A stretch of DNA of 55,739 nucleotides, filler included, from Basidioascus undulatus (taxonomy: Eukaryota): the NCBI GenBank assembly GCA_000826855.1. It is 3 parts of 3 records of this genome, joined end to end, with 100 filler letters (N's around TTAATTAATTAA, not from the genome) between each part and the next. Parts side by side here need not be neighbours in the genome. Positions count along the whole stretch, not along the records: positions 1 to 18,533 come from JTLS01000459.1; positions 18,634 to 37,158 come from JTLS01000460.1; 1 more part is not named here. One strand, given 5' to 3'. Both the position numbers and the translations under genes were made by a program. The notes below the pieces were generated by a model, which saw nothing but the letters and a program-made list of their open reading frames with translations, was not told the DNA's origin and ran no database searches. Position 1 is the stretch's first letter, and each line of letters opens with the position of its first letter. Shown here one piece after another: positions 11,880 to 23,159 of this stretch.

Positions 11880-14800
11880 GCTGATCGCGCCTACGAAAGC
11901 AACGAGGGTGGATGGGGTGGATGCAAGGGGATCCTTTTGGGCGGGCTGGCTGAGCAGGCTCGAGCGGCTTGTGCTAGTCGCAGGAGGCTGGCGGGGTGGC
12001 CGGATAGAGGGCGATCGGCGGATGGCTAGCCAACTGGTGGTGTAGTCTGTTGGGGATGGGCGGAAGTGAAAAAATAGGAATTGGGCAGAGGTCAGGAGGA
12101 AGGTCAGGTGTATTTGCGAAAACGGCAGAGTGGGGGTGATAGGCGAAAGGGCGAATAGACTCACAAAGGGGCAGCGGATTGGCGCCGGGGGCGGGGGTCC
12201 CTCGTACGTAATCGCGGGCCGAGAGCGTCGGAAGCAGGCCTTAACCCTCGCGCACGAAAAGGAGGTTGCTGGAGCTCACTGCGGGCGTGGAGCCGCGTAT
12301 GATTTTGAGGAGGAGGAGGAGGTGATGGTGGTCGAGAACCAAAAGACGCGGCGACTGCTCGACTGATGGAGAGTCGGGGGTGCAAAAGCTAGCAGAACGT
12401 GTTGCGCGGTCGCCTCATCCAAGACGTGCTGCTCTGGTCCCCGCGTCCGGATCGCAAGTTCTCTGTATGCATGGCCTCTCGGCACGTGTGCGCATGACTC
12501 GCCGCCCCCCCGCATTTTTCTCCTTGTCGGCCGATGACAGCCTGACACCTTGGTTGGCTTTCCTTTCATTTTCGCCGCCAGCGTCAAGCACGCAAAAAAT
12601 TGCAAAGTGACGTATCTGCTTTGTATATAGACTTTTCCGTTGATAAGATTATTTTTTGTTTGGACGCACTCGAGAGTGATTCGCCAGCTGCAGGCCAGTC
12701 ATGCCCAGTCGTGAAAATTTCTCACCTCTCGATATCAGAACTGGCGCCCGCGCGGCTGCAGCAGCAGAGATCACTGCCCAGTCACAGACCGCCAGCCCCA
12801 GTTGAGCCTCATCTTGCTCACGCCAGCACGGTTCTGAGCCCAGCGAGACTGTAGAGAAGGTCAGGCAACAGGAGCTGAGCTCGCACCCCCGGGCGGGGCA
12901 TGATCGCCCTCGACCCGGGCTCACTCGCTCACACCCTGCACTCAATCGCTCACTCTTCCCTCTCGACTGCTAGCTGACCGGTCAGATGCCGAAGAGGCGT
13001 CGAGCAAAGCACGTATTAACATGAAAATGCTTGTACGTCCTGATCTCAAAAAGAACGAGGAATACCGTGGCAGGCGCACCGCACCAGCCACACCGGTGGA
13101 GCTTCGCGTGCGCATTTGCCAGCGTAGCGTGCTTCTGGACCGGAACGTTTCCGCTGATAGCAGAATACCGCTATAATTAATGGCATGTAGTGCTTTCATT
13201 TTTTGCCTCCTGAATATCGACTGTTGGTCTGCGTACATGTGTACACTCGTGCTGAACGAGCAAATTCCCCGAAGAAGACGCTCGAAGCTTGCTCTTATCG
13301 CTACCTTCACCGAGTCACCGGCCGAACTGTGCGTATGCATGCACGTTGCCGAGCTTCGACCTCCCGCGCGTATCTTCCATTCCTTTCCATCCCCAGCCCA
13401 TCCATCTTGCAGAGAATCTTCCAGAGCAGGCCGACACAGTTCCGGTCGAACCTTCGACGTCGTCGTCGATCCTTTGAGCAGTTGCACCTTCGTGAGCCAA
13501 CAGCGACCGACCCCGACGCCCTGCAGATCTTATTGCTGTCGCTCCACGTGGGCGAGCGAGCTCCACAATTGTCTTGTGGGGACTCCGCAAACGTGACAGA
13601 AGGGCGTTTTGCTGCCCTCTCTCGACTCGCCCGAGCGCTCCCATCGGCTATCCTCTGCTCGCATCGAGTTCGGTGGCTCGCTCGAAATACCCCCTGAGGG
13701 CTCTATTGATTTCTTCCGTGTAATGGAGACTTTCAGGAGAATACGGACTTTCTATGTCGATCAGCACGACCCTCAAAGAGGCCTGATGAATTCTACACAG
13801 CCGTCAAAGGCTGAGACGGTCGCTCGGGCCCGGCTCGCAGCGTTTCACGCACACGTAAATTTGACAGACTTTCTTTCTCCCTTCGTGCTGTTCTTATCAG
13901 TGTTGCAGTGTCGGATCGGCCGAACGTACACACCAAAGCTAATGACTGATAAGAAAATATTCTGAGCCAATGTGGCCAGCATCAGTCAGTCGCACGTCGG
14001 GCGAAGCGACCGAAAGCGACTCGCGCTGCGGCCGATCGGGCAACTGCGCTGCGCTCGCCGGCCTTGCTCCTCTTGTTGCTGGCCAGGCCTCGAAGGGCCG
14101 CCAACTTGAGCTGATGTTTACGTTGAGGGTGTTGAGCACGGAAGCTTTTCTGCAAGGGAGCTGGAGGTGGGAGGTGAGTCATTGGGAGTTGAAGGCGATG
14201 CACGGCGCTGAGGTGATCGTCTACCAGTCATCGTAACTTCAGCAGCAGCGGCTGTATGCGGACGGTCTGACGAGTGTTTTCGAGCGGGCGGCGATACTGA
14301 TGTCCGTTCAAGGTAATGATGAACTACTGAGTGCTTGTAATACTTGTCACGAGCTCGAAGGCAGTTAAGCCGAAGATCGATGTTGTCGAATGCCCGCCCA
14401 TCATGAGGTCCTCCTGAGGACGTTCGTGGTCCATTCGCGGTCTTGATGAGGTGTTCGTAATCGTAATTCATCTTGAGAGTTCGAAGGAAAGCACAGCCGA
14501 AGATCATCGTCAGCAAATGTCCGTGTATGATAGAGCCTGTCCTGAGGACATTCATTTCCAGGCAATGATGCAGCAGCATACGCGGGCCCGCCCATTCCGG
14601 TTCGGATTCAGATAATTTGTTCAGACGAGGGGCTATACCACTTATATGACATAAAGTCATTTCGACGAAACCGTATAAAATGTGCATGGACGAGAATCAA
14701 GCTGTGAGGCGGCCCGAAAGACTGCTTGACGAAACATTACTGAGCATGCATAGGCTTCCTTCCACTGTGGGGCACACAAGGCACTTGAAGAAACAGAGAC

Positions 14801-15879
14801 CTGAAACTAGATGCCCAGCTTTGAGAAAGACCATTCTCTGAAAACGAACGTGATGCTACGATCGTTGCAAATCATTGCCAGTCAGGCTCGACGTGTACCA
14901 ACTGTACCAACATCTGCCTGATTTGCTGTTGACCCACTGTTAATGCCTAAAAGTGAAGGTTCAGCTCTTCGAGAAGTTTAAAGCATACCCAACAATGGCT
15001 ACCAGAATCGAGGATTTCATGGTCCATCCTTCGTCATGGGGCGTAGATGCAGGGCGCCCAAGTTTGGGACGTTCTGTTGGCGATGAACAGGATGCGATGC
15101 GAACAGGATGCTGTAAGGGAGCTCAAGTAACAACTGTAAGTTAAAGTCAGTCCATGGGTACACATGTAGAGAGAAGGTAGGGGTTATCAAGGTAACGGGC
15201 TTGCCAATGCAACGCAGACTTCCAAGGACACGAGGCGTAGAGAGGGGCTTCCCAGTAGGCATACAGCCCAAAATAGGAAAGTATCAAAGGGGTTCCCCGA
15301 GATCTGTATAGAATGCTTTGTCACCTGCTGCAAAGCATATTCCGAACATGCCGGTACAAAGGCCAGGAGCTTTGCGTGACGATGGGAACTTGCATCTTGA
15401 TAAATGTCGGTCGCCGTGGTGGTCGCGTCCGCGCTGACTCTTTCTCCACAAAAATGGTTAAGCGTATAGGACAAGCAAACGTTCACAAAAGGAAGTGCTG
15501 ACTGCGGCAAGGGGCGTACCTTAGGTAGACCCTTGTTACAGCCGGCTGACAGGCCTGACCAGGCAGTGCCGTGGCCTCCTCAAATTCATCAATGTGACTT
15601 GTGTGCAATAGAAGGTAATACCGCTGCCCAGACAGAGATACTGTAGCACTGATGTCCGCTTGTCCATGCAAGAGTCTCACCCCTTCGAAGACTTCAGGCC
15701 TAAAGACTTGCTGCCGACGACCTCGATGTGGCTTTGCAGTGTGTGTGTTGCAGAACCCCTGACGCGCCCTTTTGAGAACGACTGGGCCCCGCTAGTGGAC
15801 AAAATTAAAAAATAACTGTCAGCAGCACGACGAAACATTGTCCAGCAACCGCACTGTCAAGCAAAGCCCGTCACCCCGC

Positions 15880-16225
15880 CTCGGAGTCTGTCTACACGCC
15901 CATCGTAAAAGCGTCCCAACTCCCGCAGAAACCTCGATCTGATGCTCCAACCACGCCCCCACGTCTTGCACGGCGCCCTCCGGATCGTGTTTGTGGATCT
16001 GGAAGAAGTTTTGAGCTGCAAAGTGCGACCAGTCGCCTCAATAACCGTTTGGAGTTGTGCAAAGGAAGGGAAACTTCACTCAGTACTCATCCGAGCGACG
16101 CTCAGTTTGCATTCAGGAATTGCAGAAGCGAATTCGGTAGCGAGGTCGTCACGCTCGCTGTATTCCGCGCCGAAGAGCGCGGCGGCTTGATACCGACTTG
16201 CGAGGACCGCCCGGTCCTTCACAGG
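15880..16225 (-). pseudogene. Fragment resembling the C-terminal lid of BCS1-type AAA ATPases
   Basis: Segments LASRYQAAALF, DDLATEFASAIPE, SFAQLQ and FFQIHKHDPEGAVQDVGAWLE resemble BCS1 C-termini. No Walker A/B visible upstream. Boundaries approximate. Confidence 0.4.
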
Positions 16226-17245
16226 CTGTTTGTCCTTTCCTTCCTCTCAGTCTTCAAGATTCCCATCTCAAAATAAACAAAACCTCTCACCTCCGCGCCC
16301 CACCCGAGCTGCCCCTCCGCGCCCTCAGGGCCATCCCCACGCCCACCTTCGCGCACGCATCGAGCAGCGCCTGCGCGACTACGTGCGCGAGCGCGAGCCG
16401 CAGCGTATCGAGGACGAACCGGTTCTTGGCTGCGAGGGCGAGGGCGAGGGCCAGCGGGTTGCCACACGAGCGGAGGAGGAAGCGGCGCAGGGCGGCAGTG
16501 GTCGACCGGATGCGGAGGACGTGCAGCGGCGGGGCGGGATACATGGTGGTGTTCGTGATCTAGGCGGTTGTGGAAGCGGGGAAAGAGCGCTGTCTTTATT
16601 TTACTTTAATATAGCTAGCCAACTTCCTTAATCTGGTCGGTTCCGGAAGGGCAGCGTATCGCGGCGCGGCATTGGAGAGCACGGCGGTGAGACGGCCTTG
16701 GACGGCCTGACCAGTGGTTTCAATAATGTCGTCGTCGCGTGCGACGCACAGCGGCCATACAAGCCATAGGCTCCGATGGCCGGGACGGCTGTCGTCCGTA
16801 TATTATACAAGGGAATAGAACTATTTATTGATTTATTGGTGAAAATTCTAGATTCAGATGAGCGATGAGGAACATGCGCGCACTCTAGCGTGTACCTGGA
16901 AGATCGAAGTGCGGCCTCTGTCCGACTGCAGCGGCGCATCGCGGGACGGCACGTTCGACGACCACTCGCACAACGAGCATTGAGCCGGTGGGCAGACTTA
17001 GGGTCGACTGCTTCTACAAAGTCTTGGACGGCAAGCGTACGGAACCGAAAACCCTATGTAATGCCCGTGGCGGCTGATCTGCCGCGGCGAGTGTGTTCGA
17101 AGAAGAGGAAAGGTTCTCCAGCGGCGAGGGCGTCTCCCCTGGGCAGCCCGACTACATGCTCACTGAGGGTACTGAAAAGGGGTGCAGCACTACATCGGCG
17201 CACCGCTGCACAGAAAAGACAACGTCCATCCATCTCCCATCCCCC

Positions 17246-18533
17246 TCAGCTGCCCGCTCTCGCGCCCTCCAACCCCAATAACCCCTCCTCAACCTTGACT
17301 TCCACCTCCCTCTCCCCTTTCCCTCCTCCTTGCACATCCTCCTCCCGCACGCCCCAAAACCGTCCCGGATCCCTCCTCTCCTCCTCCTCCAACCGCCCTC
17401 CAACCTCCTCGATCCACCTCTCCCTCCTCTCGAGCGCCCTGCGGACCCCCTCGCCTACCTCCCCGGCCCCGCCGCCCTCGAGCCGCCCGCCGTTCTTCTT
17501 CTTGATGCGCGCAATCTGCTTCTGCCGCTTCATCCACCCGGCCTCAATCACCTTCTCCAGGTCCGTCAGCGCCGAGGTGTACTCCTGCGCGGCGAGCCGG
17601 TCGCGCGCGAGCGAGAGGAGTCTGGAGCGCCGGGAGGTGTTGATTTCGGATTGCGCGCGCAGGAGGTGCTGCAGCTGCGAGAGCTGGTGCGAGATCGCGT
17701 CGTCGGGGGGGTGGGTTGGTGTCTGTGCGGGGGGAATGTCAGCAGCAGTCAGGCAGACACAGCAAAGCGAGCAGGAAAGAAGAGAGGGGATCGAAATGCA
17801 CCTCCTCGCTCTCGCCCAGCACGCCAATGAACCTGAGCTCCCTCTTGATGCGAACTTCCAAGTCCTCCACGTCCATCCGCTCCTGCTGGATACCCTCCCA
17901 CCCGAGCCCATCCCACGGGTCCGCGTCCGCCGCGCCAGGCGCGGCAAACGCCGCGACGAGGCGCTCCGACACGGGGCCGAGGTGCGCCTCCTCGCCCGCG
18001 AGCTGGTCCTCCGTCAGCTCCTGCGGCGCGAACCGCGGGAGCGCCGGCGGCCGCGCCGTCGTCGCGGGCGGGATCGGCTGCGGCGTGAGGCCCACGTCTT
18101 CGTCTTCCCAGACGGAGAGATACGGCCGCCCGAGAGGTGGGTGGATGTACGGCGTTATGTCGTCGCCCTGAAACCAAGACACTGATGAGAGATTAGCGTA
18201 GAGCATCGGATGCAGTGCGAGAGGCAGAAAACGCACCTTAGCGGACAGGAACATCAGGTCGTCTTCCCCCAGCGGACGCAGGTATCCCTCCACAGCAGCA
18301 TAGAAGCTCGTGATCTGGATCTGGTTCCCCGGCTTGCGGTCCGTGAAGTCCTCGTCCACGTCGGCCTGGTTCTTGGCTGTCGCGGGGAGGGGGACGCTGT
18401 GCGGGGCAGCGGGGAGGGGCGGTTCGGTGGGGAGGTCGAAGACGGTTGCGCGGCGGGGCTGGGGGAGCGGGGGAGGTGAGATGCAGGGGGGAAGAGAGGG
18501 CTGTCTGGAGCACGGAAGAGGGGTGAATGCAGG
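17246..18533 (-). CDS. NGG1: SAGA/ADA complex subunit Ada3/Ngg1, 5' end lost in gap
   Basis: DEDFTDRKPGNQIQITSFY..VEGYLRPLGEDDLMFL, PYIHPPLGRPY..VW, LGPVSERLVAAF, DLEVRIKRELRFIG, DDAISHQLSQLQ..LR, LAAQEY...DLEK: Ada3 domain motifs across at least 2 introns. Confidence 0.88.
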
Positions 18534-18633
18534 NNNNNNNNNNNNNNNNNNNNNNNNNNNNNNNNNNNNNNNNNNNNTTAATTAATTAANNNNNNNNNNN
18601 NNNNNNNNNNNNNNNNNNNNNNNNNNNNNNNNN
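18534..18633. other. Assembly gap with artificial six-frame stop linker
   Basis: 100-nt block of N with TTAATTAATTAA at 18578-18589. Confidence 0.97.
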
Positions 18634-19133
18634 GATCTCCCCACCCTAATCAGCCTTCCTCCCCTCCTCTCTCCTTCTTCCCGCACACTCACCGGCACTT
18701 TCACACCCGCACTCCTCCCGCTCCGTTCCCGCACCCTCTCCGGCACCCCAACACTCTCCCCATTGATCCTCACCCCCTCCACCCCTCCTCCCTCGGTCCA
18801 GAGCACCTCGAACTCAGCGCCAGGACATAATTGTCCCGGTACACCTCCCCCCGCCCGTCCCAGGTGTCTTCATAGCGCAGGACGCGGAAAAACGGTTTGT
18901 GTGCGTCGAGGAGGCGCTGTGAGCGGGCGAGGTCGGCGCGGGGGGTGATAGGGAGGTGCGGGAGCAGGAGTAGGGAGGTGCGGGAGCAGGAGGAGGGAGG
19001 GCAGGAGGAGGAGGACAGCGCCTTGATTAGGGGGAGGCGGAGTTAGAGGGGAGAGGGACGGGGGAGGAAGGAGAGAAGTACCGAGGAGAGGAAGGAGAAC
19101 GCGCTTGATTAGGCGCGGGATGCGGATGGACAT
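18634..19133 (-). CDS. 5' part of an uncharacterised gene with signal-anchor-like N-terminus, apparently frameshifted and truncated by the gap
   Basis: ATG at 19133: MSIRIPRLIKRVLLPLLG|AVLLLLPSLLLLPHLP. Coding-like sequence continues in other frames after a 22-nt duplication. Confidence 0.35.
18949..18992 (+). repeat. Exact 22-nt tandem duplication
   Basis: TAGGGAGGTGCGGGAGCAGGAG x2. Confidence 0.9.
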
Positions 19134-19399
19134 CGGAGCATTGGGTTCACGCGTGTTCACGCGATGAGATTGCGGGTTAAGAGGGAGAAAACAGATGGGG
19201 TGATAGTTGGGTGTCAGGACGAAGAGAGTAAGTATAGGCCCAGCGACGTACGGACGGCGGACAGGCGGATTGATGCCGCAGGGGGCCGTTGACCGAGGAA
19301 GACGTCTTCGTTTGCGAGAACGCTGACCGCTGCCATCAGCCATGGGGTGAGAGTCGTTGTTGTCGTGGAAGCTTTACGTGCAACAAAGAAGAGATTCGT

Positions 19400-19493
19400 G
19401 GGCTCAGTTGGGATGATGTGATCAAAGATTGGCTAAAAGACAGCAGTGGGAGGCCGGACGGTCCTTCCCGCTCAGTAGACCATCATCGCGGCG
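19400..19493 (-). ncRNA. Putative intronic box C/D snoRNA (possible snR73/U35-like D' guide)
   Basis: C-like GCGATGA (19489-19483), internal CTGA (19475-19472) preceded by GATGGTCTA, which can pair with LSU UAGACCGUC using one G-U. Terminal CTGA at 19407-19404. Lies inside a gtgcgc..gctgat..cag intron. Confidence 0.5.
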
Positions 19494-19759
19494 GAGAGGC
19501 AATCAGTGGCAAGCGCATGGTAACCAAGTTCGGGAATCAGGACAGATACTTCGGAACGCAGGACAGATGGCCAACAGACGCAGACGGGGACGGGGACAAA
19601 TCCGACAAAAGGCAATGGATGGATTGGAAGAGCGGACCACGAAGACCATCAACAAGAGCGCACGGTGCACTGTAAGAACACCAGCAAAGGAAGACGGGGT
19701 CAACGTTCCGTAGTCGACACAAGGATGTGATGAGGTGCAAGCTGCGGCGTCGTCCAGTA

Positions 19760-19845
19760 AGGCTCAGATAAAAAGTACCACGTTAAAAGTTCTCGACAGG
19801 GGAGATTAAGACAGGGATAACTGAAAATGTTGTATCATCCTTGGG
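19760..19845 (-). ncRNA. snR38: Box C/D snoRNA, snR38-like (guide for LSU Gm2815, yeast numbering)
   Basis: C box AGGATGA. 13-nt guide CAGTTATCCCTGT is complementary to the peptidyl-transferase-centre sequence ACAGGGAUAACUG. D' CTTA places the +5 position on G2815. D box CTGA at 19767-19764. Inside a gtgagt intron. Confidence 0.88.
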
Positions 19846-20026
19846 ATGCTGGGCGGGCGGTGCGGACCATTCCCAAAATCCTTGACGGAAGGAAGACTCA
19901 CGATGACGGAAAGGCCGGAGGGGAAGAGGCTGAGGGGTGTCTGTGGAAGGTCTTCGTGCAACACGGGTTAGCCGCAGCTCGTGGGAACAGCAGTGCATTA
20001 AATAGGATGAGGTCGAAGGAGCGCAA

Positions 20027-20151
20027 AGGTTCAGCGGTTGATAGACTCGTGCGTCTCGGCATGGATGGGAGTCACACACCCCATGTGGGGCGGGCCAGCC
20101 ATCGCGTACGTGGATTGACAGACTATTGGTTTCAAGAGACTCATCACGTAT
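20027..20151 (-). ncRNA. Box C/D snoRNA, SNORD110/snoR14-like (SSU U1231 yeast-equivalent)
   Basis: Perfect C box GTGATGA (20147-20141). 11-nt guide TCTGTCAATCC is complementary to SSU GGAUUGACAGA. D box CTGA at 20034-20031. Flanking GGAGC/GCTCC stem. Inside a gtgagt..gctaac..ag intron. Confidence 0.82.
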
Positions 20152-20296
20152 GTGCTCCCCTCCTTCCTTCCTCCATCACACAAGAAAGTAACTCACCAGT
20201 TCAAGGGGATTGAAAAAGGGACGAGGGGAAGATCTGCGGAGAGGTCTACGCATGTCGTGGGTTAGTAAAGGGTGTGGGACAGTGAGGTGCGTGAGG

Positions 20297-20376
20297 GGAT
20301 CAGCGAAAGGTTTTCCGCAGACAGCGAGGAGCTTGCTCGACGCGTGTCGGAGACAATAAATAACAGCATCACGTTG
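20297..20376 (-). ncRNA. Box C/D snoRNA, U56/SNORD56-like (SSU C469/A470 region, yeast numbering)
   Basis: C box GTGATGC. Guide GTTATTTATTGTC is complementary to SSU GACAAUAAAUAAC. D box CTGA at 20303-20300. Inside a gtgagt..actaac..ag intron. Confidence 0.82.
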
Positions 20377-21152
20377 GGGCGTGCCCATGTGCCAGGGTGG
20401 GCTCAGATGGAACGTTGAGGGGGATGGGGACTCACGAGTAACAGGAGCGGTAGGAGGGTTGAAATACAAAAGGCAGTTGCTCAAATAGTGCGATGGACAC
20501 TTCGATAAGAGAAGAACAGCAAGACGAAGGGACGAAGACAAGAGGGAAGGAGGAGAGAAGAAGACGAAGACGAGAGAGGCGCGCACGCCCAAGTCCCGCG
20601 CCTTCAAATCTCGCTTGTCGGGTATCGGTTTTACGCAATTCACATCGGCGAAACTTTGGGGAGGGGAAGGGGGGAAGGATTCCCTCGCCCTCTCGCTCTC
20701 AAGGGAACCCGGGAAGACCGACCGTCAAGGTGAGGCTGATTGCGCTACAAGTGGTCCATCTCGCCGTGCCAGACGACGTCGACGACCTTTGACGAGGTGC
20801 ATACGACCGTGCTGGACAGGCGTGGGGCGCGGGGAAGCCGCGCGAGGGTTGGATTTCGGTGCGAGGGGGAGATGGAGCTGGGCGGGCGGGCGGAAGACTT
20901 GGGGTCGGAATGGGCTGCAGGGGCACTTTGGCGGTCTCGTGAGGGTTGGGAACGGAATACTGACGAATACCCTGCCCCTTCCCCCTCACGATTCTCACTC
21001 TCTTCGTCGCCGCTCGAATCCGCCTTCTACGACCCAAAACCGACTTCTCGCCCTCGCGCGCGCACCCGACCTTCCCTCCTCCCATCTGTCTCTCACTCTT
21101 GCCGTCTCGCCCTCGCCCTCTCGCTCGGTCGCCCCGACTTCGCGCGCACAGT

Positions 21153-22006
21153 ATGCCGACCCGTTTCTCCAACACCCGCAAGCACCGCGGTCACGTCTCG
21201 GCCGGCCACGGTCGTGTCGGCAAGCACCGCAAGCACCCCGGTGGTCGCGGTCTGGCCGGTGGTCAGCACCACCACCGCACCGTGCGTGCCCTCCTCCCCC
21301 CGCCTCCGGGTCTCTGGGGGGCAGTCGCTGATGGACGGAATGGGCTTTGTGGGGCATTGGACGGGGGTAACAGAACTTCGACAAGTACCACCCCGGTTAC
21401 TTCGGTAAGGTTGGGTGAGTGCATTTTCATTCCCTCCAGCCTTGCGGGAGCGATGAGTGGCTGATGCGTGGTGATGTTTGCGCTGTTGTCCAGTATGCGC
21501 CACTTCCACCTCAAGCGCAACCCCTACTGGCGCCCGGTCGTGAACGTCGACAAGCTGTGGACCCTCGTGTCCGTCTCCCCTCCCCCTCCCCCTGCTCCTT
21601 TCCCTGGTTTGGAATCTCACATTGGATGGTGGTGCGGACAGCCCGGCTGCGGAGAAGGAGGGCCTGAAGGAGGACTCGGAGGTTGTCCCCGTGATCAACA
21701 CGCTCGAGCACGGCTACGGCAAGGTCCTCGGCAAGGGCCGCCTCCCCAAGGTCCCCTTCATCGTCAAGGCGCGCTTCGTCTCGCGCAAGGCCGAGTGCGT
21801 CATCCCTTTCCTCTTCTCCCCCATCCTCCACCATGTCCCCCCTCCTTCCATTGCACCCTTTTCTCCTCACGCTCCCGACTGACAACTTGAATGCACCAGG
21901 CGCAAGATCAAGGAGGCCGGCGGTGTCGTCTCGCTCGTTGCGTGTACGTTGTCATCCTCGCTCTCCCCTCATCCCTTCTCCTTTCCTGACCCTCCCTCTT
22001 GCAGAA
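21153..22006 (+). CDS. RPL28: 60S ribosomal protein uL15 (yeast L28/CYH2, mammalian L27a)
   Basis: [62 protein letters not shown]...[12 protein letters not shown]...[23 protein letters not shown]. Five introns; the last splits the stop codon. Confidence 0.97.
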
Positions 22007-23159
22007 ACGCGCGTCTTCCCGCTTCCTCTGCCCCGATCCTGCCACCCCACCCTATTCCTTCCCTCGGTTCTTACTGCCATGTACAAGCCATGCACCCTCC
22101 ACGCAAACCTATAAAAATAAAAAACAGCCTATGTTCCGGCTGCCGCTGCATATCGCTTGTCGTTCTCATTGGTCCGACTTCCAGGCTCCTAGCGCGTTGC
22201 AAATTTGCTCGTTGCCCACTCGATCGATCGTTCGCTCGCTCGCATCTTCGCGCGCTCACCGACTTGTCAATTTGGAATTGGCTCATCCCTGTCGAAGCGT
22301 TCGTTGTTCTTGTCTTCGTTTGTCTCGCTACTTGCACCCTTGAATGCCGCCAGACCGACCGCCGCGCTCGTGCTCGCGTTCCTCCTGCCTATCAATTTGG
22401 TATTTGATCTGCCTCAGCCTGGCAATATGTGCGTTCGGACATGCCACTGAACGAGTGGCACCTCTACTAACATCTTACGAAGCCGTCGACACATGAAGGA
22501 CGTAGCGGCGCTTTTCCACTCTCGCTAGCACATTACGCGGTTCACTTACCCGCTTGACGCGGCGCTTCGCCCACCCCCTCCCCCCCTCCCTTCCCCCCAT
22601 CTTTTCCTTTATTTTCCTCGGCGCATCACGCACTTTTTTATTTTATTTTTTGCGTCAATGTGATTTTACTGCGCGGCTGGACCAGTCCGTCGAGAGGTGC
22701 GGATGGACAAACCATGCTAGCCGGGCCCGGTGCTGACGCCTCACTTGCTTCCGTTGCTTCCTTCCCCTGGGCGCCGCTTTCCCTTGCCTCGCTCGCCTGC
22801 CACGTCCATCTCGCATTCCTCATCGCCCGCTTTGCCATTTCACGCGCTCATGCCTACCGCTTTAGCACAGACGTTTCGGCGGCGAACAGGCGCGGCTAGT
22901 GCCATTCCCGCCATGCGCACCTCGAAGCGTTGCATCCGCTCGTACCGTGCCATGGGGCACGCTTAGCGGAAGGTGGGAGGGCCGGATGCAGGATATAAGA
23001 GCGGCGGAGGAGCAGGTGAGTTTCCCTCTTCTCATCCGAGCGTTTCATCGTGCCGCTCAACCAGGCTTAGCCACAGCAGTGAACCGCACGACCTCGCCAC
23101 CGGACACTGCTCTCTTATTCCATTCCCTCTGCCTCTCCCTTGCACCCACCGCATCCGCA

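Noticed and set aside
10659..12164. 501-aa alternative minus-strand ORF
   Set aside because: Arg/Pro-rich off-frame reading of the GC-rich 10576-11879 gene
12900..15800. Possible transposon or gene remnants
   Set aside because: No transposase or RT motifs, terminal repeats or coherent exon chain could be identified by eye
16890..18185. 431-aa plus-strand ORF
   Set aside because: Antisense to ADA3 exons and introns, low-complexity translation
18578..18589. TTAATTAATTAA palindrome (also at 37203-37214) as a piggyBac TTAA site or regulatory motif
   Set aside because: Centred in fixed 100-nt N blocks, so it is a scaffolding linker
21153..21281. Cycloheximide-resistance allele in RPL28
   Set aside because: Gln38 (GGQHHH) is the wild-type residue
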